A DNA stretch of 56,747 nt, filler included, from Sphacelaria rigidula (Eukaryota), in NCBI GenBank assembly GCA_964200075.2. It is 7 parts of 7 records of this genome, joined end to end, with 100 filler letters (N's around TTAATTAATTAA, not from the genome) between each part and the next. Parts side by side here need not be neighbours in the genome. Positions count along the whole stretch, not along the records: positions 8,123 to 16,144 come from CAXNAA020012605.1; positions 16,245 to 24,265 come from CAXNAA020012606.1; positions 24,366 to 32,386 come from CAXNAA020012607.1; 4 more parts are not named here. One strand, written 5' to 3'. The notes below the pieces were generated by a model. It did no database searches. It was not told the DNA's origin and saw nothing but the letters and a program-made list of their open reading frames with translations. Each line of letters starts with the position of its first letter. Positions within the stretch are counted from its first letter, which is position 1. The translations under genes were made by a program, and so were the position numbers. Shown piece by piece: positions 12,791-24,606 of the stretch.

Positions 12791-15445
12791 CTTCTCCTCC
12801 ACGTTGGAGGCACAGGAAGCCATGTGCTCTCGCGCTTCATCCTCGCCGCCAAATCGCTGCCCACACGATGGGCAAAGTACTGGCAACGGCCCACCTCGGT
12901 CAGCGACTTCGACAGCGGTCGATGTTTCGTCTACTTCCCGCCTGGAAGTGAAACGTACCGGCGACGGCTCCTCTTGGCTAGCGACGTTGACGGCCGACGA
13001 TGCTCTGTCTACTTCCTGGTCGGAAATGGAATGTATTGTCAACGGCTCGCTTTGGTCAGCGACGTCGACGGCGGGCGACGTGTCGTCTACTTCCTGCCCT
13101 GAAGTGGAATCGACTGGCAACGGCCCCTCTTGATCAGCGACGTCGGTGGCGGTCGATGTTTCGCCTACCTCCTGCGTGGGAGCTGCGTCTGTCTCGCGAC
13201 TTTCTCCCCGACCTTTGTCTTCGTGAGTCGACTCCGTACTCTCTTGCGTCACCTCAACTGACTCCGCTGATGGAAGCTTTGTATCGTCAGCATCACTGCC
13301 GTTACCCTCATCGACAGACTGTTGCTCGTCGCGTCGTTTCATTCTCTGAGGAGACCTGGCTGTTTTCTTCCCAGCGATAGTTTGACTTGTCGGGCTTTTA
13401 CGAGCTGCCGAAGCGAATGGAGGAGATCGTTTCCTAGGCCGAGGTGGCGTTCGAGATGTGACCGCTTCTCTCCCAGCTATTGCCTCTCTTACGGGACTCC
13501 TAGGAGCTACCGGGAGAATGCGTGGAGATTGTTTTTGAGATCGAGGCGGGGTGTGCGGGAAATCTGCGCCGTCGTCGCGGTGTGCTTCGCCACCACGTGC
13601 TCTACTCGGTGACTGAAGTGGAAGCCTCGATATTGTCGACGGGGAAAAATCGTTGAACGGCGGACTCGCCTGTTCCTCTTTCTGGTTCAGACTGGCAGCA
13701 CGCGGAGCAGCGGCGCCGTGTTTTTCGTCTTGCCGATTGTTCTCCTTATCCTCACCTGGACCGTGACGAGGCTCCACGCGCTCCGAGTCCCAATTTGCAG
13801 CATTGTCGGCCCGTTCATTGCTGCCTTCGCCCGCCACTCGTCGCCCTCCTTGGCCTCGCCTGTTTCCCAGAGGCTGGGCATCGATTGTACGCCCACGATC
13901 TGAATTCTCTCGGTCTCGTGTGGCGCTCGCGCCCTTGGGGCGAGCGCGGTTTGCGCGCTCCCTAGGTTCCGAGTCCACCCTTCGGGTGTTGCGTGTCGAG
14001 GTCGTGTGACTGACACCTCGTACATCCGTTCGCTTTCGCCGCTCAACGGTATTGCGCGCAGCGCTCCCGCGCTCCCATGATGGATGCAACGGGGCGCCCC
14101 CCCTGCTCTCCACCATCGACAAACGACGTCGCACGTGCTGGCGAGAAGGATCTGTGCTCGACGCCGGCGCCGCCACGTCGGTCGATTCCAACCGACGCTT
14201 GCGCTGCGGGCGAGAATGTGGTGGTGTCGGCCGAAATGTGAAACACCGTTCGTGCCCGTTGTGATTAATGGGTGCCTTGGGTCGTCGGATATTCCGATCC
14301 GGCATTCCTTGGTTATCTTCAACGCTTTGAGCGTTTCTGGGCGATCGTGTATGATGACCACCGACGACTGCTTCGCTCCGCCGCTGGTAGGTACTACTAC
14401 TCGGTGCTATTCGATCTCGTTTCTGTGGGAGTAGTATGCCCTCAGCTTTGAATCTCTGCTCACGAACATCATCCGGCGGTACCCCATCCTCGGTCAACAA
14501 ACCCAAGCGGTTCCTCGGGCCGCCTCGCCTACTACGTTCGTGGCCAGCGCCTGAAGGAACGGCAAAAAACACCCTCAAAAGTGAAGTGCAGACTGTAGCA
14601 CCCTGGTCTCTTGTTCGTTTAACTTCAAATCGATCGTCTGCTCGATATCTTTCCTCCCTATCGTCGCGATCTGCGGAATCGTCCACCCGTCGCCCACCAC
14701 CTCGAGATTTCACTTTTACGCACAACACACAACCAACTGGGGGGGGAGGATGGCTCACGACGACCTCCTCCTCCCACATGTCTGACTTTCCCGAACCACT
14801 ATCATTTCCTAAGCTCGCCAAGTGCACGCTATTATCATCTAAGACATCACTAGTACCATCGTTTCCGACCTCGAGTTTCCTCCGCCGGCCCATGGTTGGC
14901 TGATGACCACTTTTATTTTGCCTAGTTCTAGGGGCGTACAAGCTCAAGTGCTGCTGCAACTGATCTTTCGGGTGATTGACGCTCAACATTCCGGTAAGAT
15001 GCATGCGCCTGCCTCTGCCGGTATTATATTCCTCAATACACTCTACAGGAGGCGACCTCCGAGCTCTCAAAACCCTCTCCTCAGACCCTCGTCGGACCAC
15101 GAACCGCATGGAATCTTCTTCGCTGAACACCGTTCCACAGCGGACGCTGCCGTCTCCGTGGGTGACCGACGTGGTCGCATCCGGCGGGACATTTAAGCCG
15201 GGAGCCATTCGCCAGCGTCTACCTCTGAACTTCGGCACTGTTGAAGACCTTTCCCGGATGGCGGTCCGACAGAGCACCCGACGACCCCGAGCATTATAGG
15301 CATGCATGTCCGGGAAGGAGGTATCTTCCGCAGTGTTCCTGAGCCATTGCATGAATTCAAGTGTCGGCACTGCTCTGCCTTCTGCCAAACCCTGAACATC
15401 CAGCAAGCAGCCTACATCCGCCTTTTGCAGGGCGGTGACGACAAC
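12791..15445 (-). CDS. Large exon of a protein with an EB1/MAPRE-type calponin-homology C-terminus, long disordered region, 26-aa repeats and a C2HC zinc finger
   Basis: 896-codon stop-free ORF with a CAG acceptor at 15448-15446. It begins VVVTALQKADVGCLLDVQGLAEGRAVPTLEFMQWLR...YNARGRR, compared with EB1 CH (K)LVKGRxxDNLEFxQW...YDPxxRR. It ends CPSCGQRFGGEDEAREHMASC, followed by a possible GT donor at 12790 or a stop at 12779-12781. Confidence 0.72.
12875..13174 (-). repeat. In-frame coding tandem repeat, ~4 x 78 nt (26 aa)
   Basis: QEVGETSTATDVADQEGPLPVDSTSG / QEVDDTSPAVDVADQSEPLTIHSISD / QEVDRASSAVNVASQEEPSPVRFTSR / REVDETSTAVEVADRGGPLPV. Confidence 0.85.
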
Positions 15446-15793
15446 CTGGGTGTTTAGGAATGGGGTCATACGGTATCATCACCTGCCAGTGACGTTAAGT
15501 ATTGGGAGCGTGCGGATAAACCAGAGCCGCTCGGAGGAGCTACTCCTTCGGAACGCGACAGATAAGGTCTCATATTCTCAGTGGCATTTTCTAGAAACCT
15601 CAAGCTTCTCGGCACGAAGATAGTGTCGACTCCATTTTGCGGTCCCTCTTAAAGAACGAATTCATTATAGGTAGTAGTATTGTAACCTGCAGTCGATGAT
15701 GCGTGCTTTCGAAGAGATACATTTCCGTATTTCCCACGCCAGCAACGACTTGATCAATGTTGAAGAAAAAAAAATCAACAATATTCCGCTCAC

Positions 15794-15833
15794 CCCTCGA
15801 GCGTCCACTTTAACTGTTCCGAGTATGACCGGT
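15794..15833 (-). CDS. Possible small upstream exon of the CH-domain gene
   Basis: CAG acceptor and GTGAGC donor. Encodes PVILGTVKVDARG, weakly like EB1 VPxxKVxFxA. Short, so it could be chance. Confidence 0.35.
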
Positions 15834-16259
15834 CTGATAGTCCCGAGATTTGGCGGGGCAAGCACATAGAAAAAAACGGTGAGAGTTCTGGAAACTGGGA
15901 AACGGCCTGTAGCATTGTCGCACACTGCCGGCAGCTGGACATGTGCTCCAGTAGTAAACTTAAAATCAGAGTGATCTCAGCGATAAGGCTCGCACCAGCC
16001 TGTTACCATAATTCACCACCTCTTGGGTGTGCACTCGTTTTCCCAGATCCAGTTGTACAGCATGACCATCATGGTAATCATTCCCTCCCTCCGGGCCTCC
16101 AGCGCTCCCGAAACCGGCACGTCAACGGGGACACCCGCACCACGNNNNNNNNNNNNNNNNNNNNNNNNNNNNNNNNNNNNNNNNNNNNTTAATTAATTAA
16201 NNNNNNNNNNNNNNNNNNNNNNNNNNNNNNNNNNNNNNNNNNNNAACGAAACAAAAAAA

Positions 16260-16548
16260 AAAAAAAACCCCCCCCCCCCCCCCCCCCCCCGCCCCTTGGC
16301 ACTTTAGACGATACACCCTCCACAAACACCAGTCCGAAACTGTCTCGAAGAAAATGTACATACAGCATCTGATGTTTGGTTTCTGGCGGCTTGAAGCGCC
16401 TCGTACGGGCGACGTTGGCGAAAACGAACGCAAGGGTGGGAATTCCCAGCTGCTCGTTGTGCTTAGCTTTTCCCCGTACGATTTACGTATAGATTTCGCT
16501 TCCCCAAACGAGCCAATTTTGGAGGGGGGGACCATCGTAGAAAGTGTC
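16260..16548. mobile_element. Degenerate copy of the GACACTTTCTACGATAGC MITE
   Basis: Ends GGGGGGACCATCGTAGAAAGTGTC. Internal CCCAGCTGCTCGTTGTGCTTAGCTTTTCCC is shared with the other copies. Confidence 0.7.
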
Positions 16549-17505
16549 CCCTCCCGGAGGGCAGTTTATCGAAAATTGGCATGATTTTTTTGTTGACATC
16601 GGTGGAAGATATTCAAATGCACAAACACCGACAAACCCCGACAAGTCTGGCGGGCTTTGCAAGGCTCGTATATTTGCTTCTGCTCCTTATTGCCCGCCCT
16701 GTCCCGCTGGCCTCGAACGCCGGCAACGCTCACACACATCTGTGTACGATACACGAGCGCACGGTAGCGACAGCCTGTGGCCAAAGTAGAAACATGATCT
16801 CACGCTTCGCCATATTTGCCCAGACTAGTGTTTAGTAGTCTAAACGGTACACGATACAGAACATGATCCCATAAATGTCATCATGGTAGGCGATGAGCTT
16901 GGAGGGGCAGTGTATCCGTCATCTCGGCGGTCTCCATGTCAAGGATCTCTGTACACCGTAGCTGATCGCATCCACCAACGTCTCAGACAGCAAGCTGGAT
17001 GTTCCCTCCCGCCACCCTCATGAACTCGATTTTTCGATCTTGGGGCCTGCGTGTCCCAAAATATTTTTTTGACCGACCCTTGGGCCCACCCAATTCGAGG
17101 CTACTGCGACATACCGTAACTGGCACACGACTATCTATCGTAGTAGCATTTGGATTACCGCTGGCCGCTCAGACGCTGTGCATGGTTGCGAGGCTACGAT
17201 GCGGGTAGAGACAAACTTCCATATTAATAGTAAAGTGCATGCACTGCACCACGGTAGTGCGGGAGTACAGTACAGTAACCACGGCGTAAATGCAGTCGAT
17301 CGGTGCAGCACAGGCAGTGCGGCAAGCAGAGCGAACGGTGCCGGGGGGATAGCCACCTGAGAAAGAGGGATACAGCAAGCAAGTGGGCAACAGTAAAGCA
17401 CTTGGTAGATCGTGTTGATATGGTCGCAACATATGGACATTTAGGATTACGGTATCAATAATAAAAAAAACGTTCATTTTGATATGACGGAGCGTTTCAG
17501 CATGA

Positions 17506-17753
17506 GACACTTTCTACGATAGCCCCCCCCCAATAAGTGCATGCTTTTGGGAGGCGAACAGTTCACGTAAATCGAAATGGGAAAAGCCGAGCACAACGAG
17601 AAGCTGGGAGTTCCCACGCTTGGGTTCGTTCTAGCCAATGTCGCTAATATGAGGCGCTTCACGCAGCCTGAACCCGAACATGAGGCGCTGGATGGCCATT
17701 GTTTTCGTGACACTTTTAGCTGGTTTTGGGGGGGGGTTATCGTAGAAAGTGTC
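17506..17753. mobile_element. MITE, 248 bp, TIR GACACTTTCTACGATA(G)CCCCCC, 4-bp TSD ATGA
   Basis: TIRs at both ends. ATGA at 17502-17505 and 17754-17757. Confidence 0.9.
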
Positions 17754-17855
17754 ATGATATCGGTGATCAATCTCATGCGAGAGAGCAACAAATGAGGATC
17801 GGTCAACCTGCGAACAAGTGAGGAGAATCTTCCTGTATGATTGATAGCCACGTTA

Positions 17856-18405
17856 CAGTAGTGGGCGGTCTGACTACTCATTTTGAGGTATTTAGTGATT
17901 TTTTCGTAATTGGTGATTTTCTCGGGCTATTTTCACTTGCCACCGCTTATCACATTGGGGATCTGAAGATACTTGTATCCGCTCCACATTCGAAGAAAAA
18001 AACATCATATGTACTCAGTATTGAGTGACTTACGGGCTGACCGATCATCGAGGGTCCTGCGACGTGTCAGCCCCGATTCTTACTTTTCGATATTTTCGGT
18101 CGATCGAGCCTGTCCCGATCATGTTTCTAACCAAAAGTGCAGTTTTTTTTTTTTTTTAGTTCTACCCACTCATTGCTCTAGAGCCGAAAAACTGTGTTTC
18201 ACGGTCAAAAACACCCTCCTAATGAACGGGGTATTTACTCGTTTTCCCCGATAACACCAATTAGCACTGACTTGAGCACTGTGTTTTGATAATGATCTGC
18301 TTATTGTACCAAAATCTACCGACGCTAGCAATTTCGAGTTCTATCGAAGAGTATTACGCAAAAAAAAACCCAAACCCCACTAAATAGTTAGACCGCCCAC
18401 TACTG
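17856..18405. mobile_element. MITE with CAGTAGTGGGCGGTCT TIRs (Tc1/pogo-like terminus)
   Basis: CAGTAGTGGGCGGTCTGACTA at the left and TAGTTAGACCGCCCACTACTG at the right. Left flank is TA, right flank is TC. Confidence 0.75.
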
Positions 18406-18879
18406 TCCCTACCGCATGACACTGGAAGGAAAAATAGTCATTCCAGTGTGTCAGATACGCATTTCATTCAACATTGAGGGTTATACACACCTCTAACTGG
18501 CGTCGCGAACTACTCGTGTTTGTCGTTGGGGTGGGCACCTTCTTGAACTCTGTGTGGTCTTTTTTCTCACTTGGAGATATCTAAAACTTGGAATTTTCCC
18601 ACCGGCGGGGGATGGAGGGGTATCTGACATTCCAGTCTACCGGGGTACCTCAGGAAGGATCAACAAAAGTAGGCTACAGCGAAAACATCGTGTGCCCGGT
18701 GTCATATATTGGAGGATCGGGTGCGGTGTATGTATTCCACGTAACCCATACGTATCACAGGTGTCTTCGCCAAGAATTTCGCGCACAACCATATGTTTCG
18801 AATCTTTGCTATAGACAGAATGGAGATTCGTCCCCCAAGCGTTTACAGAATAGTGCAAGGAGAGGGCGCAGTTGGACGG

Positions 18880-19750
18880 TTGATGATGAGGATTCCCAAT
18901 GATGCTCCCGGACAAGTGCTGGTGATGGAGAACGAGTATCATGCGTAACCACGAGACCATACCGGTTCATCTGCCAGGATCAAACCGAAATCGATCTCAC
19001 CGAGCAACCGATGGTGGTGGACACCCACTGTGTCATGTGTAAGATTACCGGCTACTGCTCTGTCATCTGCCAAAGTCAAGTAAACGAAGATGTCCCCGAG
19101 CGCGTGCTGGTGTTGGATAAAGATGGTGACGTGTAAGCTCTGTGCCCAGCATATTTTCACCTTCCAGGATCTGAGTATAGATAATGTCCTCGAGCAAGTG
19201 TCCAAGCAAGTGCCCATGGTTTACGACGAGTGTCATATGTAAGGTCTCTTGCTATCAATCTATCCATCTATTTCATTTGTCAGGGTGAAAAAATGATACT
19301 CCGGACAAGTGCTGGTGATAAAGAACGAGTGTCATGCGTCACCACTGGATCATACCGGTTCATCTTCCAGGGTCGAACCAAAAACGGCCTCCTGGGCAAC
19401 TGATGATGGCGGGAAACCAGTATCATGTGTAAATGACTGGGTCACATTCGCTCATTTACCGGGGTCGAAGTAGACACGGCGTTCCCAAACGAGTGTCGAT
19501 GATTTACGACGATTACCACATGAAAAATAACTAGGTAATATAGTTTTCCTCTCTCAGGGTCGAATGATGGATGATATCCCCGAAGGACAGTCGATGGTTC
19601 ACGACGATTATCACGTGAGCATGACTGGGTGAATTATTTCCCCCCACGAGGCGTAATTCTTGAGTCATGTTCCTTTCATCTGCCAGGCGCTCACTGGAAA
19701 TGGTGGTTCTACAGGAATGCTGATGGTGGACCAAGATCGCAATATTTACA
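18880..19750 (+). repeat. Highly degenerate tandem/duplicated array, possibly a decayed repeat-protein coding region
   Basis: 18901-18990 is duplicated at 19296-19385. Recurring units CAGGGTCGAA...CCCCGA...TGATGG...ACGACGA..ATCA(T/C)GTG. Confidence 0.5.
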
Positions 19751-21424
19751 ACGAAGGGAATGGGCATCTTCATAGACGCGTTGAAGGGTCACGGCAAATC
19801 CGAAACTGCTTCCAAAAAGAGTACAACAAACCGAGAACGACAACCACTACGTCCACCCAATCACGGGCACCACGTGACCACCCACACTACGTCTCATCCA
19901 CAGCAAGCACACACCGACAGCGATAAAAGGCACTCCCTCCCAACGGCCATCTCCCCCCGCCACTGCAACGCGCCCTCCCAAGTCTTTCCCTGCTCAAGTA
20001 TCGCACGCGAGGTGACTACATCAACCCATCCCAAGCGGTCAAACACTCGCATCAAGGGAAAGTCGCAAAAACACCGTCCGCGGATGCAGATGCCAAATGG
20101 GCAGACCGTAGCAGCCCCTCCCTTTCTGTGGTGCATACTATTTCGTACGATCCTAGTAATGGTTTCCCTATTGATAGCCTCGTTGCGTACCTCGTGAATT
20201 ACTCGTAGAGAGTACGTCAAGACCTCTAGTGTCATGTTGGATAGCGTACGGACGTGCAAAGTCAGGGGAGAATTGTCTTGGTCGTGGGGGTTAAGATTGA
20301 CGCCGCTAATTTCGAGGTATTGAGACAAACCAGCATACTTTCGCCTGCAGTCGGCGTCATGGTTCTTCTCGTGTGAACCATCGGGCCCGACATACATCCC
20401 GCTCGAGCAACCCGTGTGGGGATAGGAGCTAATAGGAAGCATCATGCACCGGGTGCGTTGCCGGGGAAGTTGTAGGCCTGCCGTGGCCAGCTGAGACCAG
20501 ATATCATTTATATAATAAATGTACCCATATTTGCCCACTCTCACATAACACACACATGCTGAAACCACCACCGAATCAGAACTGACACACAACACTGAAT
20601 GAAGTGGGGTACTAATTCCTGGGAGAAACGCTCATACAAAATGAAATGTCATAACCCCAGATTTTCGGCACGCGAAAAGGCGTGTGCCGCCCCAGCAGAT
20701 ATGCACTGCAACCACTACATGGGGTATACCTTAAATAACAGAATTATCTCTTATTCGTATTTCCCCTACACGTCATGATCCAATCTCCATATCTATTTCC
20801 TTCGTATCCAGGCAGATCCTGGAGCGTAAGTATAATCGATTAGGGGCGACGCCGGCCGTTACAGGTGTGTGTGTGGCCATCGTTGGCCGTGTCGTGGAAT
20901 CCTATCCCGTAGCATGCGACCTTGAAGTCCTGCCCGCCGCTGTCATGCGGAAGAACGTTCTGGGCCAGCGCTATTCGTAGAGACTTGACCGAGGCAACAT
21001 TTCGGCTGAAGCCGATACCACTGCGTACGGCGCGCTCTGGAACGTGGCGAGGACAAGCACGGACGAGTACATGACGGTCGAACTCGCAGGCAATACTGAC
21101 CGTTAGTGCGTTTCGCGTTTTTCGATACATGGTTGTGAAGTAGTATAGTATACGGACTGCCTCGTGTGGGCTACACCGGGAAACAGGGGTACGTTGGCTC
21201 GCACATTGAGAAATTTCAGCGTGCGCATGTGGCAGCGTGCATGAGGAATCTGTGGCTGCGGGACTTTATGCTACGAGCACGCGCGACGGACCGACTCACC
21301 GGCTCTCATCCTTTCTTCCGGGCTAGTAAAGAGCAGTCCTTCCACAACGAACCGGACCGTGGCCTGCGCGACGCATAGTAAATTCAAAACTTTACGGTTG
21401 AGAATCTTGACGAGCAGGAACTGA

Positions 21425-22070
21425 GTAAGTAGCTTGTGGTGGGAAAAACAAATGACTCGAGCAAACGAGCCATCGCTCGTGGTGGGAAAAAGAAATGACT
21501 CGAGCAAACGAGTAATTGCTCGTGGTTAAAAATATGAATAGCTTGAGCAGTCGAGTCATTCCTCGGGGTGAAGAAATAGATTACTCCAGCCCACGCGTCA
21601 CCGCTCGTGATTCAAAAAATGAATAGCGCAAGCACACGAGTCATTGCTCTTGGTTGAAAAACCAATGACTCAAGCACACGAGTATGTGCTCGTGATTGGA
21701 AAAGTAAATGACTCGGGTATACGAGTCAGTGCTCGTGGTTGAAAATTCTCGTGGTTGAAGAAGTAAGATGGCTGAAAAATGAAATGACTCGAGCAAAAGA
21801 CTTACTGCTCGTGGTGAAAAAATGAATGACTCAAGCAAACGAGTCAATGCTCGTGGTAAAGAGAATAAATGACTCGAGCACTCGGGTCGTTTCTCATGGT
21901 GAAAACTAAAATTAGCTCGAGCTCTCGAGTCGTTGCTTGTGGTGGAAAAACAAATGACTCGAGTACTCGAGTCGTTGCTGGTGGTGAAAAAGATGAGTGA
22001 CTTGCGCAAACGAGTCATGCTCGTTGCTTTCAAGAGATATCACTCAAGCATATGAGTCATCCTCGGTGTG
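21425..22070. repeat. Minisatellite of ~42-43-bp units (about 15), each with an internal palindrome
   Basis: Consensus GCTCGTGGTKGAAAAANAAATGACTCGAGCAAACGAGTCATT. ATGACTCG and CGAGTCAT form a stem. Confidence 0.85.
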
Positions 22071-22167
22071 TAGAAAAAAGCACAAACGAATGCACTCGTT
22101 TCGACGTCATCTCGGCCGACGTGCACGAGCATCCTAAACATCCACACTGAGTCAAGAAAAGCGGGGG

Positions 22168-22432
22168 GAAACTTTCTACAATAGCCCCCCCCCGCAAACA
22201 CCCAGCCCAAACGTGTCACGAAAAAAATGGTCATACAGCGCCTGATGTTTCGCTTATACATATATGGACAACATTAGCGAGAACTAACCCAAGCATGGGA
22301 GTTCCCAGCTGCTCGTTGTGCTTGGCTTTTTCCATTTCAATTCGCGTGAAGATTTTGCCTGCCCAAACCAGGCATTTGGGGGGGGGGTGTACTCATTTGT
22401 TGCTTGCGGGGGAGGCTATCGTAAAAAGTGCC
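22168..22432. mobile_element. GACACTTTCTACGATAGC MITE copy, TSD GGGG
   Basis: GAAACTTTCTACAATAGCCCC...GGCTATCGTAAAAAGTGCC, flanked by GGGG on both sides. Confidence 0.8.
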
Positions 22433-22617
22433 GGGGGCTATCACCGCACTCTACATGCCTTCAACCCAAGAAGGGCGTCTGTTGGGTCTTTCTTACTCTC
22501 CTGCGGCACGTTTTTTCTTCATTTTTTGTTGTTTTTTCGGGTGAGCTTTGAGGATGAAAAAACGTTGCTCTTGAACCTTATCTCAGTTTTGTTTAGCTCA
22601 ATTTCTCGAATCGTGAC

Positions 22618-22867
22618 GACACTCTCTACGATAGCCCTCCCCCCAAAAGTGCATGGTTTTGGGCCGCAAAATCTTCACGTAAATCGAAATGGGGAAAGCC
22701 GAGCACAAGGAGAAGCTGGGAATATCCACGCTTAGTTTCGTTCGAGTCAATGTCGCCAATATTAGGCACTTCATGCAGCCTGAACCCAAACACCAGGCGC
22801 TGTATGGCCATTTTTTTCGTGACACTTTTGAGCTGGTTTTTTGGGGGGGGCTATCGTAGAAAGTGTC
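22618..22867. mobile_element. GACACTTTCTACGATAGC MITE copy, 250 bp, TSD TGAC
   Basis: TIRs at both ends. TGAC at 22614-22617 and 22868-22871. Confidence 0.9.
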
Positions 22868-23035
22868 TGACTATAAACTAAGCATGGAGAAGGGCAACGT
22901 CATCCTCGACAAAAAAGAGAGCCTTCACTTTTTTGTGGGGATAGAGGTTAGGGCGTTCTTGGGAAAAACGGTCTTCACCATACTCAAACGTCCTAGACTA
23001 ATAAAATCAAAAACTGATCCACTATCAACAGTGGA

Positions 23036-23455
23036 TTCTCAAAAATGGGGTTGAAACAAAAAATGAGGTTTAACTCAAAAGCCGTGCTTTCCCTGACCTA
23101 AATTCATGACAAGTGACTGTCATATGGACCACCTCATCCCTCCTGACCTCCCTATAACTATTTCGGGGGGTTCCTAGTCTTCCCTTTCCCCAAAGGGTAT
23201 GTGCGAGAGCACACTTTTGCCTCGATTTCGGGGTGAAAAATGACGTTTTTTGGCCCGAAAATCGTGCTTTCACTCGTACTTTTTGGGGGAACGGAAGGGT
23301 AGAAATCCCCCAAAATATTTTTAGGCAGGTCGGGAGGGATGGGGTTGGGAGGGATGGGGTCGTTCATACGAAAGTCATTTGTCGTAAATTTAGATCAGGA
23401 AAAGCACAGCTCTTGAGTTGAACCTCATTTTTTGTTTCAACCTAATTTTCGAGAA
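23036..23455. mobile_element. Foldback element with ~170-bp inverted arms; left arm repeated at ~24110-24265
   Basis: TTGAAACAAAAAATGAGGTTTAACTCAAAAG...CCTGACCTAAATT is mirrored by AATTTAGATCAGG...CTTGAGTTGAACCTCATTTTTTGTTTCAA. Confidence 0.8.
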
Positions 23456-23583
23456 CCCACTGTTTTTCTGCTTCATGCCCAAGCGAGGTCCCACACGAAA
23501 TTCCAAAACACAAGTACCAAACCTGGGTCGGCAAGTGACCCGCGATATACTGTTCCGAATTTCGATCGGCCCGGTTTCCAAAC

Positions 23584-23833
23584 GGCCCATCCGCAGCTCA
23601 ATTGTTGTAGTTGGACCTTACAATTTGGTATGGACAACAAATAGGCCATGATACAAAGACGCATGCATGGACCCCAAGCTTTGTTTTTTTTTCATAGTTT
23701 CAGGCTCAGTAAAATGCCGTTAATTCATGGAGAAAAAGCTTTGGGTCCACGCATACGTCTTTTAATTGTGGCCTATTCATTTCCCATATCAAATAGTAAG
23801 GTCCAACTGTAAATATTAAGCTGCGAATGGGTC
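23584..23833. mobile_element. Second foldback/MITE with ~105-bp inverted arms
   Basis: CCCATCCGCAGCT...AGTTGGACCTTAC...ATAGGCCA...TGGACCCCAAGCTTT is mirrored by AAAGCTTTGGGTCCA...TGGCCTAT...GTAAGGTCCAACT...AGCTGCGAATGGG. Confidence 0.75.
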
Positions 23834-24465
23834 TACAAACTACAAATCCGCTTCTAGGCTGGCCCAACTCGTATCGAGCTTCACATCCACCAAGCTAGCA
23901 TGAATCGACCATTTTGTTTTCTTGAAAGCTATTCCAATTGGGGTATAATATCTACAAAGCGAACACTGCTTTCGGTGAGAGTACGAGCACAAAATGACGA
24001 CTACACGAGGGTGATCAGGAGAACCCCACATTGTGCGGCAGCACGAGAACCTTCATTAGTCCAGAAATAGCAACGTCAACAGACACTAGGCATACCAAAT
24101 AACAGCCGATTTTCGAAGATGGGGTTGAAAACAAAATGAGGTTCAACTCAAAAGTGGTGCTTTCCCTGGCCTAAATTCATGAGAAATGACCTTCATATGG
24201 ACCACCCCATCCCTCCCGACTTCCTTGAAACTATTTCGAGGGTTTTCTAGCCTTCCGTCCCCCCANNNNNNNNNNNNNNNNNNNNNNNNNNNNNNNNNNN
24301 NNNNNNNNNTTAATTAATTAANNNNNNNNNNNNNNNNNNNNNNNNNNNNNNNNNNNNNNNNNNNNCTTCGCGTTGTGTCAGGCCTTTCCCATTCCGGTTT
24401 TCCGCAGGTTTTTGCCTCCCGAAACCGTGCACTTTCGGGGGGGGGGGCTGTCGTAGAAAGTGTCC

Positions 24466-24606
24466 CCTCCCTTTTTTTTTTCTCTCTGTTCCTTCTTTTT
24501 CTCAGAGCGTGTTTCAGTTTCGTTTTTCTTGGATACGTCCATCATGACACCACGGCTGTACCCCTGGGGGGACAGTTAAAGTGCGACAATCAACCAAGCA
24601 ATCAAT
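24466..24606 (+). mobile_element. 3' end of a non-LTR retroposon (SINE/LINE tail) ending in (CAAT)n; other copies at 31340-31478 (-) and ~33400-33496 (+)
   Basis: Shared TTCYTTGGRTACG...ACGGCTGKACCCCTGGGGGRNCAGTTAA followed by a CAAT microsatellite tail in all three copies. Class is inferred from the tail. Confidence 0.65.

Noticed and set aside
19894..20595. 233-aa minus-strand ORF and a nearby HLASASADG WD40-like word
   Set aside because: There is no family similarity, and the WD-like frame hits a stop within a few codons.
21425..22070. CRISPR-like array of palindromic repeats
   Set aside because: Units are head-to-tail with no unique spacers, the repeats are degenerate, no cas genes are present and the context is eukaryotic.
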